Shown in pieces: positions 9,701 through 17,775 of a stretch of DNA of 64,000 nt. Source of the stretch: Acidobacteriota bacterium. GTDB taxonomy: Bacteria > Acidobacteriota > Thermoanaerobaculia > Multivoradales > UBA5704. Positions within the stretch are counted from its first letter, which is position 1. Each line of letters begins with the position of its first letter. Location of the stretch: positions 32,001-96,000 of the forward strand of contig JBDTZG010000013.1 of NCBI GenBank assembly GCA_040005235.1. Reading direction: 5' to 3'. A program made the translations under genes and the position numbers. The notes beneath the pieces were generated by a model, which saw only the letters and a list, made by a program, of their open reading frames with translations, had not been told where the DNA came from and searched no databases.

Positions 9701-10375
9701 CGCGTTCGCCTGCTCGACCGGATCGGGATCGAGATCGCCAAGCCCGTAGCCGATGCCGGCGGTGACGTACAGGTCGTCGCAGACGGTATCGAGCGGATCG
9801 GCGCAACCGAAGGCCCCGCGAGTCGCCGAGACGAACAGGAACGAGAAGCCGCTCCACGGAACCGGCGGGTCGGTCTGAACGTTCTGGTAGTGGCCGTCGA
9901 TCGACTGGAAGAAGGTCGGTTTTCCGTAGCGGACGGTCTTGGTCGGATCGATCAGCGCGTCGCTGTAGTTGACGAACAGCTGGAGACCTTTCTTTTCCAG
10001 CGACGCTTCCATCAGCTTGCGGGTCCCGCCAGCCGCGGGGGCGATCCCCTCGGGCGGATCGAACTGTGCGACGTTGAACAGCAGCACGTCGGTGTAGGCG
10101 GCCGGTTGCTGGCTCCCCAGGCCGATCAGATCGCGCGCCAGACTGAACACCGTGTCGCCCGGATCTTCGTAGAACTGGTGCGCGCCCCAGACGTACTCGC
10201 CCGTGTCGCGCTCGTAGTTCCAGGGTGTGAGTTTGGGCGGCGGCGGATTGATCGGGATCGGCTCGAGGCAGATCGCGGGACCGATCACCACCTGGGCTAC
10301 CGCGGGCCAAGGAAGGAGAGACGCGAGAAGGGCCGCCCCAAGGGCAACCCGGCGGACGGAACGTGATTTCGACAT
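6761..10375 (-). CDS. Large secreted FG-GAP/VCBS-repeat (beta-propeller) protein with a C-terminal IPT/TIG-like domain
   Basis: Signal peptide (MSKSRSVRRVALGAALLASLLPWPAVAQ). More than 10 DxDxDG-type repeats (DLNGDGWADL, DLDQDGDLDL, DFDNNGFKDL). ATG 10375 follows GGAG. Confidence 0.88.
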   Translation of the reverse strand: MSKSRSVRRVALGAALLASLLPWPAVAQVVIGPAICLEPIPINPPPPKLTPWNYERDTGEYVWGAHQFYEDPGDTVFSLARDLIGLGSQQPAAYTDVLLFNVAQFDPPEGIAPAAGGTRKLMEASLEKKGLQLFVNYSDALIDPTKTVRYGKPTFFQSIDGHYQNVQTDPPVPWSGFSFLFVSATRGAFGCADPLDTVCDDLYVTAGIGYGLGDLDPDPVEQANAAQAQTDLLMRRDPATGRWGDISQDTCSTGPRIPVSATAGNSSGVVYKDLNGDGWADLYIGRQGDNYKGATNVLLINDGTGCFKDETATRIPGELSRATNDVAAIDLDQDGDLDLAVANRCASAGCGAESEDYVLINNGSGNFKVVPLASGVQSDSRSVALGDLNRDGWPEIVLGNAGSDGFSQNLVLTPAEDHLMEIFANDVSFGGTLDSFTDFMNPILDTNAPNFPTEHVVTAPLTQQVLLVDLFGPATNPPTLSGNAPDGWLDLVIVSQRDLLKHDTFTGASSRVYVMTNKANWTSGFPTLQPYTAFPTQSAKTVAVADFDNNGFKDLFEGNGNRWSGVLPDLHSNLGNGPGATAGQPWDFSGGFIGFKSYQTMPGTEHGYGFDFADWNGDGALDALQTSRGYNYLVGSIAGAIEAEHEDYASPFGGTGQTSNKRGRQIPQGMEDGVFADFDRDGDVDALLASQRTPAWPYCVDTSPDSIVLVNSGSGTFGFDSLYTASSCTTEDARIDPNGRTSLPLPGIGDRAVAGDLDNDGDVDAIVHLFEILPSGYSGPVPMVAPPLFPNPIGTYAFGWRYLKNVIGTAGAGAHWFKDVAPTQMRTTSGTYDPAWNRGLGMDLLADFDNNGALDLFTTLGFAKTAAEMTSVSQTKDLLFLNGVGTPKGTLTESSATVLPAACTDQVLGDTSYISCGSFGIAQGDLDNDGDSDVAIAHYAAGARTNYPWLLINKIATTGGMVDEFQTRMPLGSLSPVIHTAPTDPAGNPTPGMDQAMFPAFADLDGDGDLDLIYQVVNDLPRVLMNNGVDSNGDGLITSADSPPPGTFTDITPTILTQYRRSTDSQDLVALDIDEDGDLDLANDPFGDRVTFWRNDRPADSGRPVVTEIWPRVGSIRRAKIRLEGIELTGVLKVQFRFAGGAICEQAVTTAIGTDGKHLDVVIPQTCPIGLAQVRVLRAEPACGNPTVTVQRWSRQYFGYFVQG

Positions 10376-10379
10376 GGCA

Positions 10380-10434
10380 TTCTCCGATCGGGGCGCTCGC
10401 CTCGGACCTTCCGAGGTTCCCCCTGATCGGAGAA
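10380..10434 (-). promoter_or_regulatory. Stem-loop that would sequester the Shine-Dalgarno of the VCBS gene
   Basis: On the minus strand UUCUCCGAUC pairs with GAUCGGAGAA (contains GGAG, ends 4 nt before the AUG). Inner hairpin CCUCGGA-AGG-UCCGAGG. Confidence 0.5.
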
Positions 10435-10469
10435 GCGGATTCGGCGGGGAAAGATGACGAAATTCGCGG

Positions 10470-11225
10470 TTACGACCGCGCGAGATTCGAAAGAATCTGC
10501 CCGGCTTCCTCCAGCCGACCGAGATCGCGCGGCAGCTCCAGGGCGTAGGCGGGCACGACGCTCGCCGCCGCGACGCAGGCTTCGAGGTGGGCGGCCAGGA
10601 GGTCCGGGCCGTAGCGCCGCGCGGCAACCGTTTGGCCGAGCAGCAAGCGGGCGGTCTCGGCCGGGCGCAGGCGGGTAAGCCGCGGCGCGGGCGCCGTCCC
10701 CGGTCCGGCGAGAGCGATCAGCGCGGCGACCGGCGCGGGCGCTCGATACCGGCGCGCCGGGTCGAGCTTGAGCTGCGGATAGTCGAGATGCGCGATGAGC
10801 CGATCTTCTGCCAGCTCGAACGGCAGAAGGTCGTCGGCGGCCCGCTCCCATTCGGGGTACTCCAGAGCCGCCAGCGTCGACTTGCCCCGTCCCGATTCCC
10901 CGAGGAAAACGAACAGGCGGCCGTGGACGAATACCGCGCTCGCATGCAGCGCCCAGATCGCACGGGCCGCGAGCAGCAGGAGGATCGGCGGCCCGAGCGC
11001 CAGCTCCTCGAAATGATCGGGGTCCAGGTCCGCGACTTCGAGCGGCGGCGCGATCAACGATCGGCCGTTCCGCGGCAGCCGCCCACGCGCCTCGGGCGGA
11101 CCGAGGCAGAAGAGCGGCCGATCGGTCCAGAAACGTCGCCCGGCGAGGGTATAGCCGAACGCCTCTTCGCCCTGGCCCAGCCTGAGGATCGGCTCCCCCT
11201 TGCGGGGTCGAACCCGGGCGTACAT
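10470..11225 (-). CDS. HPr-kinase-like P-loop kinase (type found in lasso-peptide clusters)
   Basis: 'LHASAV', Walker A 'GESGRGKST' and 'ADD'. Start overlaps the stop of the C25 gene (TGATG). Confidence 0.82.
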   Translation of the reverse strand: MYARVRPRKGEPILRLGQGEEAFGYTLAGRRFWTDRPLFCLGPPEARGRLPRNGRSLIAPPLEVADLDPDHFEELALGPPILLLLAARAIWALHASAVFVHGRLFVFLGESGRGKSTLAALEYPEWERAADDLLPFELAEDRLIAHLDYPQLKLDPARRYRAPAPVAALIALAGPGTAPAPRLTRLRPAETARLLLGQTVAARRYGPDLLAAHLEACVAAASVVPAYALELPRDLGRLEEAGQILSNLARS

Positions 11226-14200
11226 CAGGGCCGGAGCTTCATCGCGGGATCGCCGAGCAGCGTCCAGCCGAGCAGGGCGTCGCGCAGATCACTCGGACCC
11301 CCGGCGATCGCCGCGATCGTCCGCTTGGCCTGGAGCAGCGCGTCGCCGATCGTGGTACCGGGGACCATCAGCCGGGCGAGCAGCGCCGGCCCCAGCAGTT
11401 GGTCCGATTCGGTGCGCGAGAGCGTCGCCGAGCCGATTACCGCGGCGGCCCCCTGGGGACCGGCGAGCAGCAGCCGGTGCGCCAGAGTGTCCACCTCGGG
11501 CGCCACGTGGTAGGTGTTCCAGCAGCCCCACTGGACGACCAGCGAAGGGCTGCCGACGTTGTTGAGCGCCGCCCCGTCGGCCGCCGAGAACAGCCCCCGG
11601 AAGCTCCAGACCGTCGGGCCGGAATGGCCGACGTAATGGACCAGCGCGGGGCCTTGATCGAACGCCGCGATCAGCTGGGATCTTGCAGCCGCGGCCCCCA
11701 GGTCGTCGACGTAGGCCCGGACCAGGGGCCAGGCGGCGGGCACCTGGGAGATCAGCTGATCGCTGATCGAGCTGAACGTCCGGGCGACCTCGGCTTCCGT
11801 GCCGTCCGCCGCGTCCGCCGCGAACAGCGCGCCGGTCCGAGAGCCGTCGAAGGCGAGGGTCTTGGCGATCAACTGGCGCAGCTCCGAGGCGGTGCGCGCC
11901 GGGAAACGGCCGAGCGCCAGATCCTGCACCCCGTCGCCGTCGAGGTCGCCGTAGACCGAGTCGGCCGGGGTGAAGCGGATCAGGTCGTCGGTCTGCGCGT
12001 AGGGGGTCGGGATCAGGCTCACCGAGCCGATACCCAAATGGTCGAAATAGTCGTAGGTGTCCGCTCCGACCAGCAGCAGATAGCGCGCGCCGAGCTGTTG
12101 GGCGGCGTAGCGGACGTAGTCGCGGATCGCCTGCGGGTCGATCTCGCCGCCGGAATAGGCGGCGTAGAGATCGAGCACGTCGACCAACTTGACTCTGTGT
12201 CCTTCGCTCTCGCGCGCCGCGATCAGCGGCGCGAGCTCCCCGGCGAGGCTAGGATGGGTGACGATCAGGTAATCGGCGCGCCGGTTGCCCAGATCGGCGG
12301 GCGCTTCGCGCGCCGGCTGGATCGCCGGGTGGAGCATCGCCGAAGCGGTCGAAAGATCGACCGCGCCGACTTTGGTCGCCGCTCCGGGGATCGAGAACGC
12401 GGCGCGGAAGCCGCCGCCGAAATTGTCGATCGCCACGTTCGAAAGCCGCGAGGCGCCGCCCTTGGCGTAGACCACGAGGTCGTTGGCGCCGAGCCCCTCG
12501 ACCTCGATCCTGCCCGGCGCTCCCGGGAAGCTCAGCCGGTCGTTCCGCGCGACGAAGCGACGGGGATAGCTCACGGCGTAGCGATCGACGTGCACCAGGT
12601 CGAAGGCGTTGCCGGTGTCGCCGGGCAGACGGACCTCCAACGTGTTCGTCCCTTCGAACAGCAGCCCGGGCGGCAGGGGCAGGTCGTAGCTTTTGGCCGT
12701 CAGGCCGTCGAACCGCTCGTCGACGAGCTGCGTGCCGTCGAGCGAAATCTGCAGGTGATGATCCGGCGTCGAAGGCCAGTTCGTGACGCCCCAAAGATCC
12801 ACGTGCAGCCGCGCCTCGGTGCTGGCCGGAGCGTCCACTTCGATCGGAAAGCTCTTGGCCGTCGGGCGCCCTTGAGCGAGCACCGGCGCCTCGTACCAGG
12901 GATCGCCGTTCGGCGAGGCGAAGCTGTAGACCAAGTCGCGGTCGATCGCCAGCACTTCCCCGTAGGAGGCGACCGAAGCGCCTTGCGGCGTACCGTCCTC
13001 CACTAATACCCGCGACGGCCGACGGCCGACGGCGAGGCGATAGACCCGAGACCGGGTGTAGAGGCTGCCCGCGACCGCCTCGCCGCGGAATTCGACGAAC
13101 GACCCGGGACCGAAGATCTCCGAACCTTTTTCGCCCCCTTCTACGTAGATCGGCACCTCCTTGCCGGTCCGCGCCGCGGTGAGCGAGAGGCGGGCGAGGT
13201 TGGCTCCGGCAAAGTCGATTCCCGCGGCGCGAAGCTCTTCGTAGGTCACGCGGTAGAGGCCGTCGGCATCGACCCGCAGCTCGGCGGCGGGAACGCTCGC
13301 GACGCGGCTTTGCGCCCGGCGGTCGTCCTCGGCCGAGGCGGCGATCTCGGCATGCACAGTCGCCCAGTCGATCGGCTCGGCGGCCGAGGGCCGGCCGTAA
13401 GGCCGATCCAGCGCGAACGGTCCGTGGCGGGTCCGACCGCCGTCGAGGCCCGCGTCTTCGAGCAGCAGCTCGGTCCACCCGCCGTCGGGAAGAACCCGTC
13501 GATAACTCTGCGGCGCCAGCCGGTCGAGCGAACGGGCGGGCAGCAGCTTCGGCGTCAGCGGTTGCCACGCGTCCTTCGGCCCCTTGCGGCCGAGCAGCGC
13601 ATAGCCGACGGTCGAGGTCTCGGTTTCGGTGGTCCATTCGACCTCGATCCCGCGGGTGGTCCGGGCGGCGGAAAACGACGCCACGCTCACGGGGAGCGTG
13701 CTGACCGGGATCTGATAGTCCTCGACCTCGCCGCTGGTCGCGACGCCGACCGGCGTGGTCACCTCGGCCGCGGTGTACGAAGTCCGGAACCGGGCGTAGG
13801 TCGCGGTCGTCCCTCCGGCGTTGCTCGGCACAGCGCTCCAGGTGACGTTGAACGCGGTGGGGGTCGAGGTATTGGCCGGCACGGTCACGGTGCCGGAGAT
13901 CTCGTTGGCGTCGAGGAAATCGCCGTCGCGGTTCCAGTCGATGTAGCCGACCAGCGAGCCTGCCGTGGTGGTCGAAAGATTCACCGCGGTGACGCTCACC
14001 GTATAGCTCGTCGAAGGAGAAGCGTAGGCGGGGAACGAAGCGAGGCCGTCCTCGTCGTCGACGCCGCCCACCTGGGTCGTGTCGTCGGTGGTGGCCGCGG
14101 CGCCCGCCTGGCCGTCCGCCTCGCCGTCGGGCGGGTTGGTGCCGAGATAGAGGGTCCGGTCGCCGATCGCGTGGCGCGCGCCGCCCGCGAGCAGCGTGCC

Positions 14201-15430
14201 GTAGCTGTTCGGCGCGTCGCCGTAGTCGTAACCACAGAAGACGAAGTCGCTGATCCCGACGACCATGAACTGGTTTTCGTTTGCCGGATCGTCGCCCTGG
14301 GTGTAGTTCAGGGTGATCGAGGAGACCGCGCCGGTAAACGCCACGTCCAGGTTTCCGGTCGTCGTGTTCTGCGCCGCCGACGCGTCCCCTTCGGCGAGAT
14401 CGCCGGCCAGTTGCGCGTTGCCCCCCGCCACCGCCGCGATGGTGTAGGGAACCCGGTTGCCGGACGGTCCGGTCCCCACCACCTCGATCTGGTCCTCCCA
14501 GCTCCCGCCCGTGATGTCGACGTCCAGGAAGGTGAAGCGTAGATCCCGCACCGGACGGGAAAAACTGAGCGTCGAAACCAGGCCCACCCCTTCGTTGTCC
14601 TGGGTTCCGGCCGCCGCCGCCGCATCCATCGACAGCGAGTAATAGCCGGTGTGGTTGCCGTTGATCGTCGTGCGGGTGAGCACCCCGTTGCCGAGGGTGC
14701 CCGCGGCTGTTGCGCCCGTGCCCGCAAAATCGCTGGTCGCCCCTTGGGTGATGGTCAGATCGCCCACCGTCGCGTTGGTAAACGGCACGACGCTGCCGTT
14801 CGCACCCCAGTCGTAGGTCACGGTCCCGGTGCAAACGGAGGTCGCCGCCGCGGTGCTCACCAGCGTGAGGTACGCCCGATTGAAGGTGCCGTTGGTCGCG
14901 TTGTTGTTGATGTCGCAGATGTTGAGCGTCCAGGTCCCGCTGCTCGCCACGCCGGAAAAAGCGGTGTCGATGTTGGCAACCGGCACGATCCGATTGAAGA
15001 AAGGCGCCGCGGTCGGATCGACGTCGGTGTCGGCGAGCGTCCCTTCGGTGTTGGACGAAAGAAGGATGTCGAAGTTGTCCTGCGTATCGCCGCCCCCGCC
15101 CGCCGTGCCCGCGATGAGCTGCAGGGCGGTGCCGCTCGGCGACACTAGAGTGAGCCGTACGTCGCCGCGGTTGGCGTGGTCGATGTTGAAACCGAGACCG
15201 ACCCGAGACACCGAAAACGAGTCCGAGACGGAAAACGTCCGCACCAGCGGGGTGGCGCAGCCCGCGGCCCCCGCCGCCGCGGCGGAAAAGCTCACGGCTC
15301 CGGACGTGGCGTTGGTGTAGGTATAGGTCAGGGCCTCGGCCGGACCGTCGATCAGGCCGAAAGCACCGAGGAGAATCGTCGCGGAAGTGAGACCGCGGAA
15401 GGTTGCGAAGCGGGAAAATCGGATCGACAT
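11225..15430 (-). CDS. Secreted C25 (gingipain-like) cysteine peptidase with proprotein-convertase P domain and GEVED domain
   Basis: Signal peptide; P domain 'HANRGDVRLTLVSPSGT...GTWTLNICD'; 'YIDWNRDGDF...SGEVEDY'; C25 region 'DYLIVTH', 'YLLLVG', 'ALGRFP' with catalytic 'YVGHSG' and 'WGCWN'; ends 'LLGDPA'. Confidence 0.9.
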   Translation of the reverse strand: MSIRFSRFATFRGLTSATILLGAFGLIDGPAEALTYTYTNATSGAVSFSAAAAGAAGCATPLVRTFSVSDSFSVSRVGLGFNIDHANRGDVRLTLVSPSGTALQLIAGTAGGGGDTQDNFDILLSSNTEGTLADTDVDPTAAPFFNRIVPVANIDTAFSGVASSGTWTLNICDINNNATNGTFNRAYLTLVSTAAATSVCTGTVTYDWGANGSVVPFTNATVGDLTITQGATSDFAGTGATAAGTLGNGVLTRTTINGNHTGYYSLSMDAAAAAGTQDNEGVGLVSTLSFSRPVRDLRFTFLDVDITGGSWEDQIEVVGTGPSGNRVPYTIAAVAGGNAQLAGDLAEGDASAAQNTTTGNLDVAFTGAVSSITLNYTQGDDPANENQFMVVGISDFVFCGYDYGDAPNSYGTLLAGGARHAIGDRTLYLGTNPPDGEADGQAGAAATTDDTTQVGGVDDEDGLASFPAYASPSTSYTVSVTAVNLSTTTAGSLVGYIDWNRDGDFLDANEISGTVTVPANTSTPTAFNVTWSAVPSNAGGTTATYARFRTSYTAAEVTTPVGVATSGEVEDYQIPVSTLPVSVASFSAARTTRGIEVEWTTETETSTVGYALLGRKGPKDAWQPLTPKLLPARSLDRLAPQSYRRVLPDGGWTELLLEDAGLDGGRTRHGPFALDRPYGRPSAAEPIDWATVHAEIAASAEDDRRAQSRVASVPAAELRVDADGLYRVTYEELRAAGIDFAGANLARLSLTAARTGKEVPIYVEGGEKGSEIFGPGSFVEFRGEAVAGSLYTRSRVYRLAVGRRPSRVLVEDGTPQGASVASYGEVLAIDRDLVYSFASPNGDPWYEAPVLAQGRPTAKSFPIEVDAPASTEARLHVDLWGVTNWPSTPDHHLQISLDGTQLVDERFDGLTAKSYDLPLPPGLLFEGTNTLEVRLPGDTGNAFDLVHVDRYAVSYPRRFVARNDRLSFPGAPGRIEVEGLGANDLVVYAKGGASRLSNVAIDNFGGGFRAAFSIPGAATKVGAVDLSTASAMLHPAIQPAREAPADLGNRRADYLIVTHPSLAGELAPLIAARESEGHRVKLVDVLDLYAAYSGGEIDPQAIRDYVRYAAQQLGARYLLLVGADTYDYFDHLGIGSVSLIPTPYAQTDDLIRFTPADSVYGDLDGDGVQDLALGRFPARTASELRQLIAKTLAFDGSRTGALFAADAADGTEAEVARTFSSISDQLISQVPAAWPLVRAYVDDLGAAAARSQLIAAFDQGPALVHYVGHSGPTVWSFRGLFSAADGAALNNVGSPSLVVQWGCWNTYHVAPEVDTLAHRLLLAGPQGAAAVIGSATLSRTESDQLLGPALLARLMVPGTTIGDALLQAKRTIAAIAGGPSDLRDALLGWTLLGDPAMKLRP

Positions 15431-15454
15431 GTCATCACCTCTTCAAAAGATCCC

Positions 15455-15631
15455 TCACTGTGCCTTGAAAATAGCGGGATTGCCGCTTTCGCCGACACCG
15501 GGCGACGGCCCGAGGGTGAACGTGCGCAAGTCGCCATGAACGATCAATCGCGGCGTTTCATACCGGCGCTTGGGCCCCGGGGGGGTGGGTTCGGCAGGTG
15601 GCAAAAACACAGAAAACACCAGGTCGGGCAT
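15455..15631 (-). CDS. Lasso-peptide-like RiPP precursor (58 aa; predicted core GPSPGVGESGNPAIFKAQ)
   Basis: MPDLVFSVFLPPAEPTPPGPKRRYETPRLIVHGDLRTFTL|GPSPGVGESGNPAIFKAQ. Leader has YxxPxL, G-D, and Thr at -2; core has Gly1 and Glu8. SD GAGGAAGG. Starts 7 nt after the cyclase stop. Confidence 0.88.
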   Translation of the reverse strand: MPDLVFSVFLPPAEPTPPGPKRRYETPRLIVHGDLRTFTLGPSPGVGESGNPAIFKAQ

Positions 15632-15638
15632 ACCTTCC

Positions 15639-17540
15639 TCACTCTCTCCGGCAGGCCGAGATCTCCCGCTGGGGCACTTCGAAAGCTCCCCGCACTCCGC
15701 TATCGAAATACTTTTCAGGCGATCGACGCTGCCAGATTTCGAACGAAAACGCCAACCAGACCAGCAAACCCGACAAGCCGCATCGCCGCTCCCGCCAGCC
15801 GGTCTCCACCCACTCGGGCAAGAGATAATCTCGCCACGCGGCGTTGGGGTTAAGCAAAATCGCGGCCACCTCGCCGGTTGGATCTGCGTAGACGCCGGAA
15901 ACGAAGAGATCCTCAAACGTCGCCTTGTCCTGCCGGTCGAGGATCGAGCCCGGCAGCAGGCCCGACAGGGCTTGCCGCAAGATGGGGCGCGAATTCCCCT
16001 GGACGCCGAGGTCCTCGGCCGGCAAACCCAAAAACAGCTCGATCACCCGTCGATCGCGCATCGGGTGCCGCACCTCGATCCCCAGGGGGTCGCAGTAGTA
16101 ACGCTCGATCGAGAGCCCGTGGCCGTTCTGCGCGCCGAGCAAGCTGCGCGCCTGCGCCGGGCGCGGGTACTCGGCCGCCCAGCCGTCGCGCTCGATCGGC
16201 TCGGGCAGGAGAGCGAGCGAGCTTTCGGTCAGCCAGGCAAAGCGCTCCGCTTTACGCCGGGCGGCCCGCTCCAGCCGCAATCGATCCGGGAGCAGCGCGC
16301 CGAGCGCCTGCCGTAGCGCGCCGTCGCCGGCGCGGAACCGGCGCCACAGCTCGCCCGCGGCGGCCCCAAAACGCCCGGCCCGCAACGTTTCCTTCAATCG
16401 GTACTCGGCGCCGCCGTAGAGCTGATCTCCGCACAGGCCGGACAGAAGCACGGGGCTGCCAATCCGCTGGGCGGCCTCGTAGGCCCGCTGGTGGAAGTGC
16501 CGGTAGGCGTTTTGCTCCGGCGTCGCCGGATGGGTCGGCCAAGACGCGAGATCGGCGAGCGGCAGCTCGTCGTCGCACGGCAGGCGGTGCAGCTCGAGAT
16601 TCAGCGCGCGCTCCAGCACCGACAGGTGCCGGCTTTCGTCGGCCCGCGGATGGCGGGGAAAAACCCAAGAGAGCGCCCGCAGCCGATCCCCCGCGGGAAG
16701 CGCCCGCTGCGCCAAGGCGGCAATCGGAGCCGAATCGAGGCCGCCGGACAAGAGGACCGCGGGCCGGCCTGCCGATCGAAGGCGGCAGCGGACGGCGAGG
16801 TCGAGACGGTGGCGCAGCTCTTCGGCGCGCTCCTCCGGCCGCCTCTTCAGAAGCCCGGCGGCCGGCCGCGGCCGGGAAAGCCTCTCGCTGCGCGCGCGGT
16901 CATCGCGCACGATCAGGATCTCGCCCGGCTCAAGTTGCCGCACGCCCTGGTAGAAAGTACGACCGGGCTCAGGGTCTTCGAGCGAAAAGTACGCCGCGAC
17001 CCGGGTCCGGTCGAGCGCCATCTCGCGGCCCAGCGTCGCCGCCACGGCCCCTTCTTCGGAAGCCGCGAGCAACCGGCGATCGTCGAGCGCCACGGCGAGG
17101 TTGCGGCCGCCCAGGGCGTCGCGGGCCAGGATCGCCTCCCGCCGCGTCGCATCCCAGATCGCGATCGCGAACGGCCCGAGCAGGCGTTCGAATCCGGCGA
17201 TCCCCCAAGCGGCAAAGACGGCGGCGGCGAGCCGCGCGTCGCTTACCTTCCGAAGCGGACCCGGAGAATCCGGCAACGCGCGCCACAGCGTCTCCCGGTC
17301 GTCGATCCGGCCGTCGAAAGCCAGCCATGCTCGCCAATGTCCGGGAACCGGTATCGGCTGGTGCTCCCCCAACTCTTCCGGCGTGGTCCAGAAATGAAGG
17401 TGGCCCAGAACGCCACCGGCACCCCCGGCGGTGTCCAGGCCCTCCCGACCCCGATGAGCCATGTGGCCCAGCAGCCGCTCAAGGATTGCGGGAAGAAGCT
17501 CCGCGCCCTGGCGTGCCATCGCGAGACCGAGCGCGCTCAT
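15639..17540 (-). CDS. Asparagine-synthetase-like lasso peptide cyclase (C protein)
   Basis: Ntn-like N-domain begins MSALG (catalytic Cys absent), 'FDGRIDDR', 'ARDALG', ATP-PPase motif 'LSGGLDS', 'SGLCGDQL'. Adjacent to the precursor gene. Confidence 0.88.
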   Translation of the reverse strand: MSALGLAMARQGAELLPAILERLLGHMAHRGREGLDTAGGAGGVLGHLHFWTTPEELGEHQPIPVPGHWRAWLAFDGRIDDRETLWRALPDSPGPLRKVSDARLAAAVFAAWGIAGFERLLGPFAIAIWDATRREAILARDALGGRNLAVALDDRRLLAASEEGAVAATLGREMALDRTRVAAYFSLEDPEPGRTFYQGVRQLEPGEILIVRDDRARSERLSRPRPAAGLLKRRPEERAEELRHRLDLAVRCRLRSAGRPAVLLSGGLDSAPIAALAQRALPAGDRLRALSWVFPRHPRADESRHLSVLERALNLELHRLPCDDELPLADLASWPTHPATPEQNAYRHFHQRAYEAAQRIGSPVLLSGLCGDQLYGGAEYRLKETLRAGRFGAAAGELWRRFRAGDGALRQALGALLPDRLRLERAARRKAERFAWLTESSLALLPEPIERDGWAAEYPRPAQARSLLGAQNGHGLSIERYYCDPLGIEVRHPMRDRRVIELFLGLPAEDLGVQGNSRPILRQALSGLLPGSILDRQDKATFEDLFVSGVYADPTGEVAAILLNPNAAWRDYLLPEWVETGWRERRCGLSGLLVWLAFSFEIWQRRSPEKYFDSGVRGAFEVPQREISACRRE

Positions 17541-17775
17541 TTGATTTTACCTCTTCGCGTATCGTCATTTTCTCCCCAACGAAGAATCGATCATAGCAGA
17601 TTCCCCGCCCGCCCTTTTCCGCCCGCCCAAGATTTCCTCACCCAAAAGGAGAGAAATCCCCACCCTGAAGCGAGCCACCCTCCGGCGAGGGGGGTCCCAC
17701 GCCTAATGAGGTTCTTGAGGAATCCCGGCGAAATTAACCTTCACCCATCAACGCCGCTTACCCCAGGAGGACGCC

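Noticed and set aside
15639-17540. Housekeeping asparagine synthetase asnB
   Set aside because: The N-terminal catalytic Cys is absent and a lasso-type precursor gene is adjacent.
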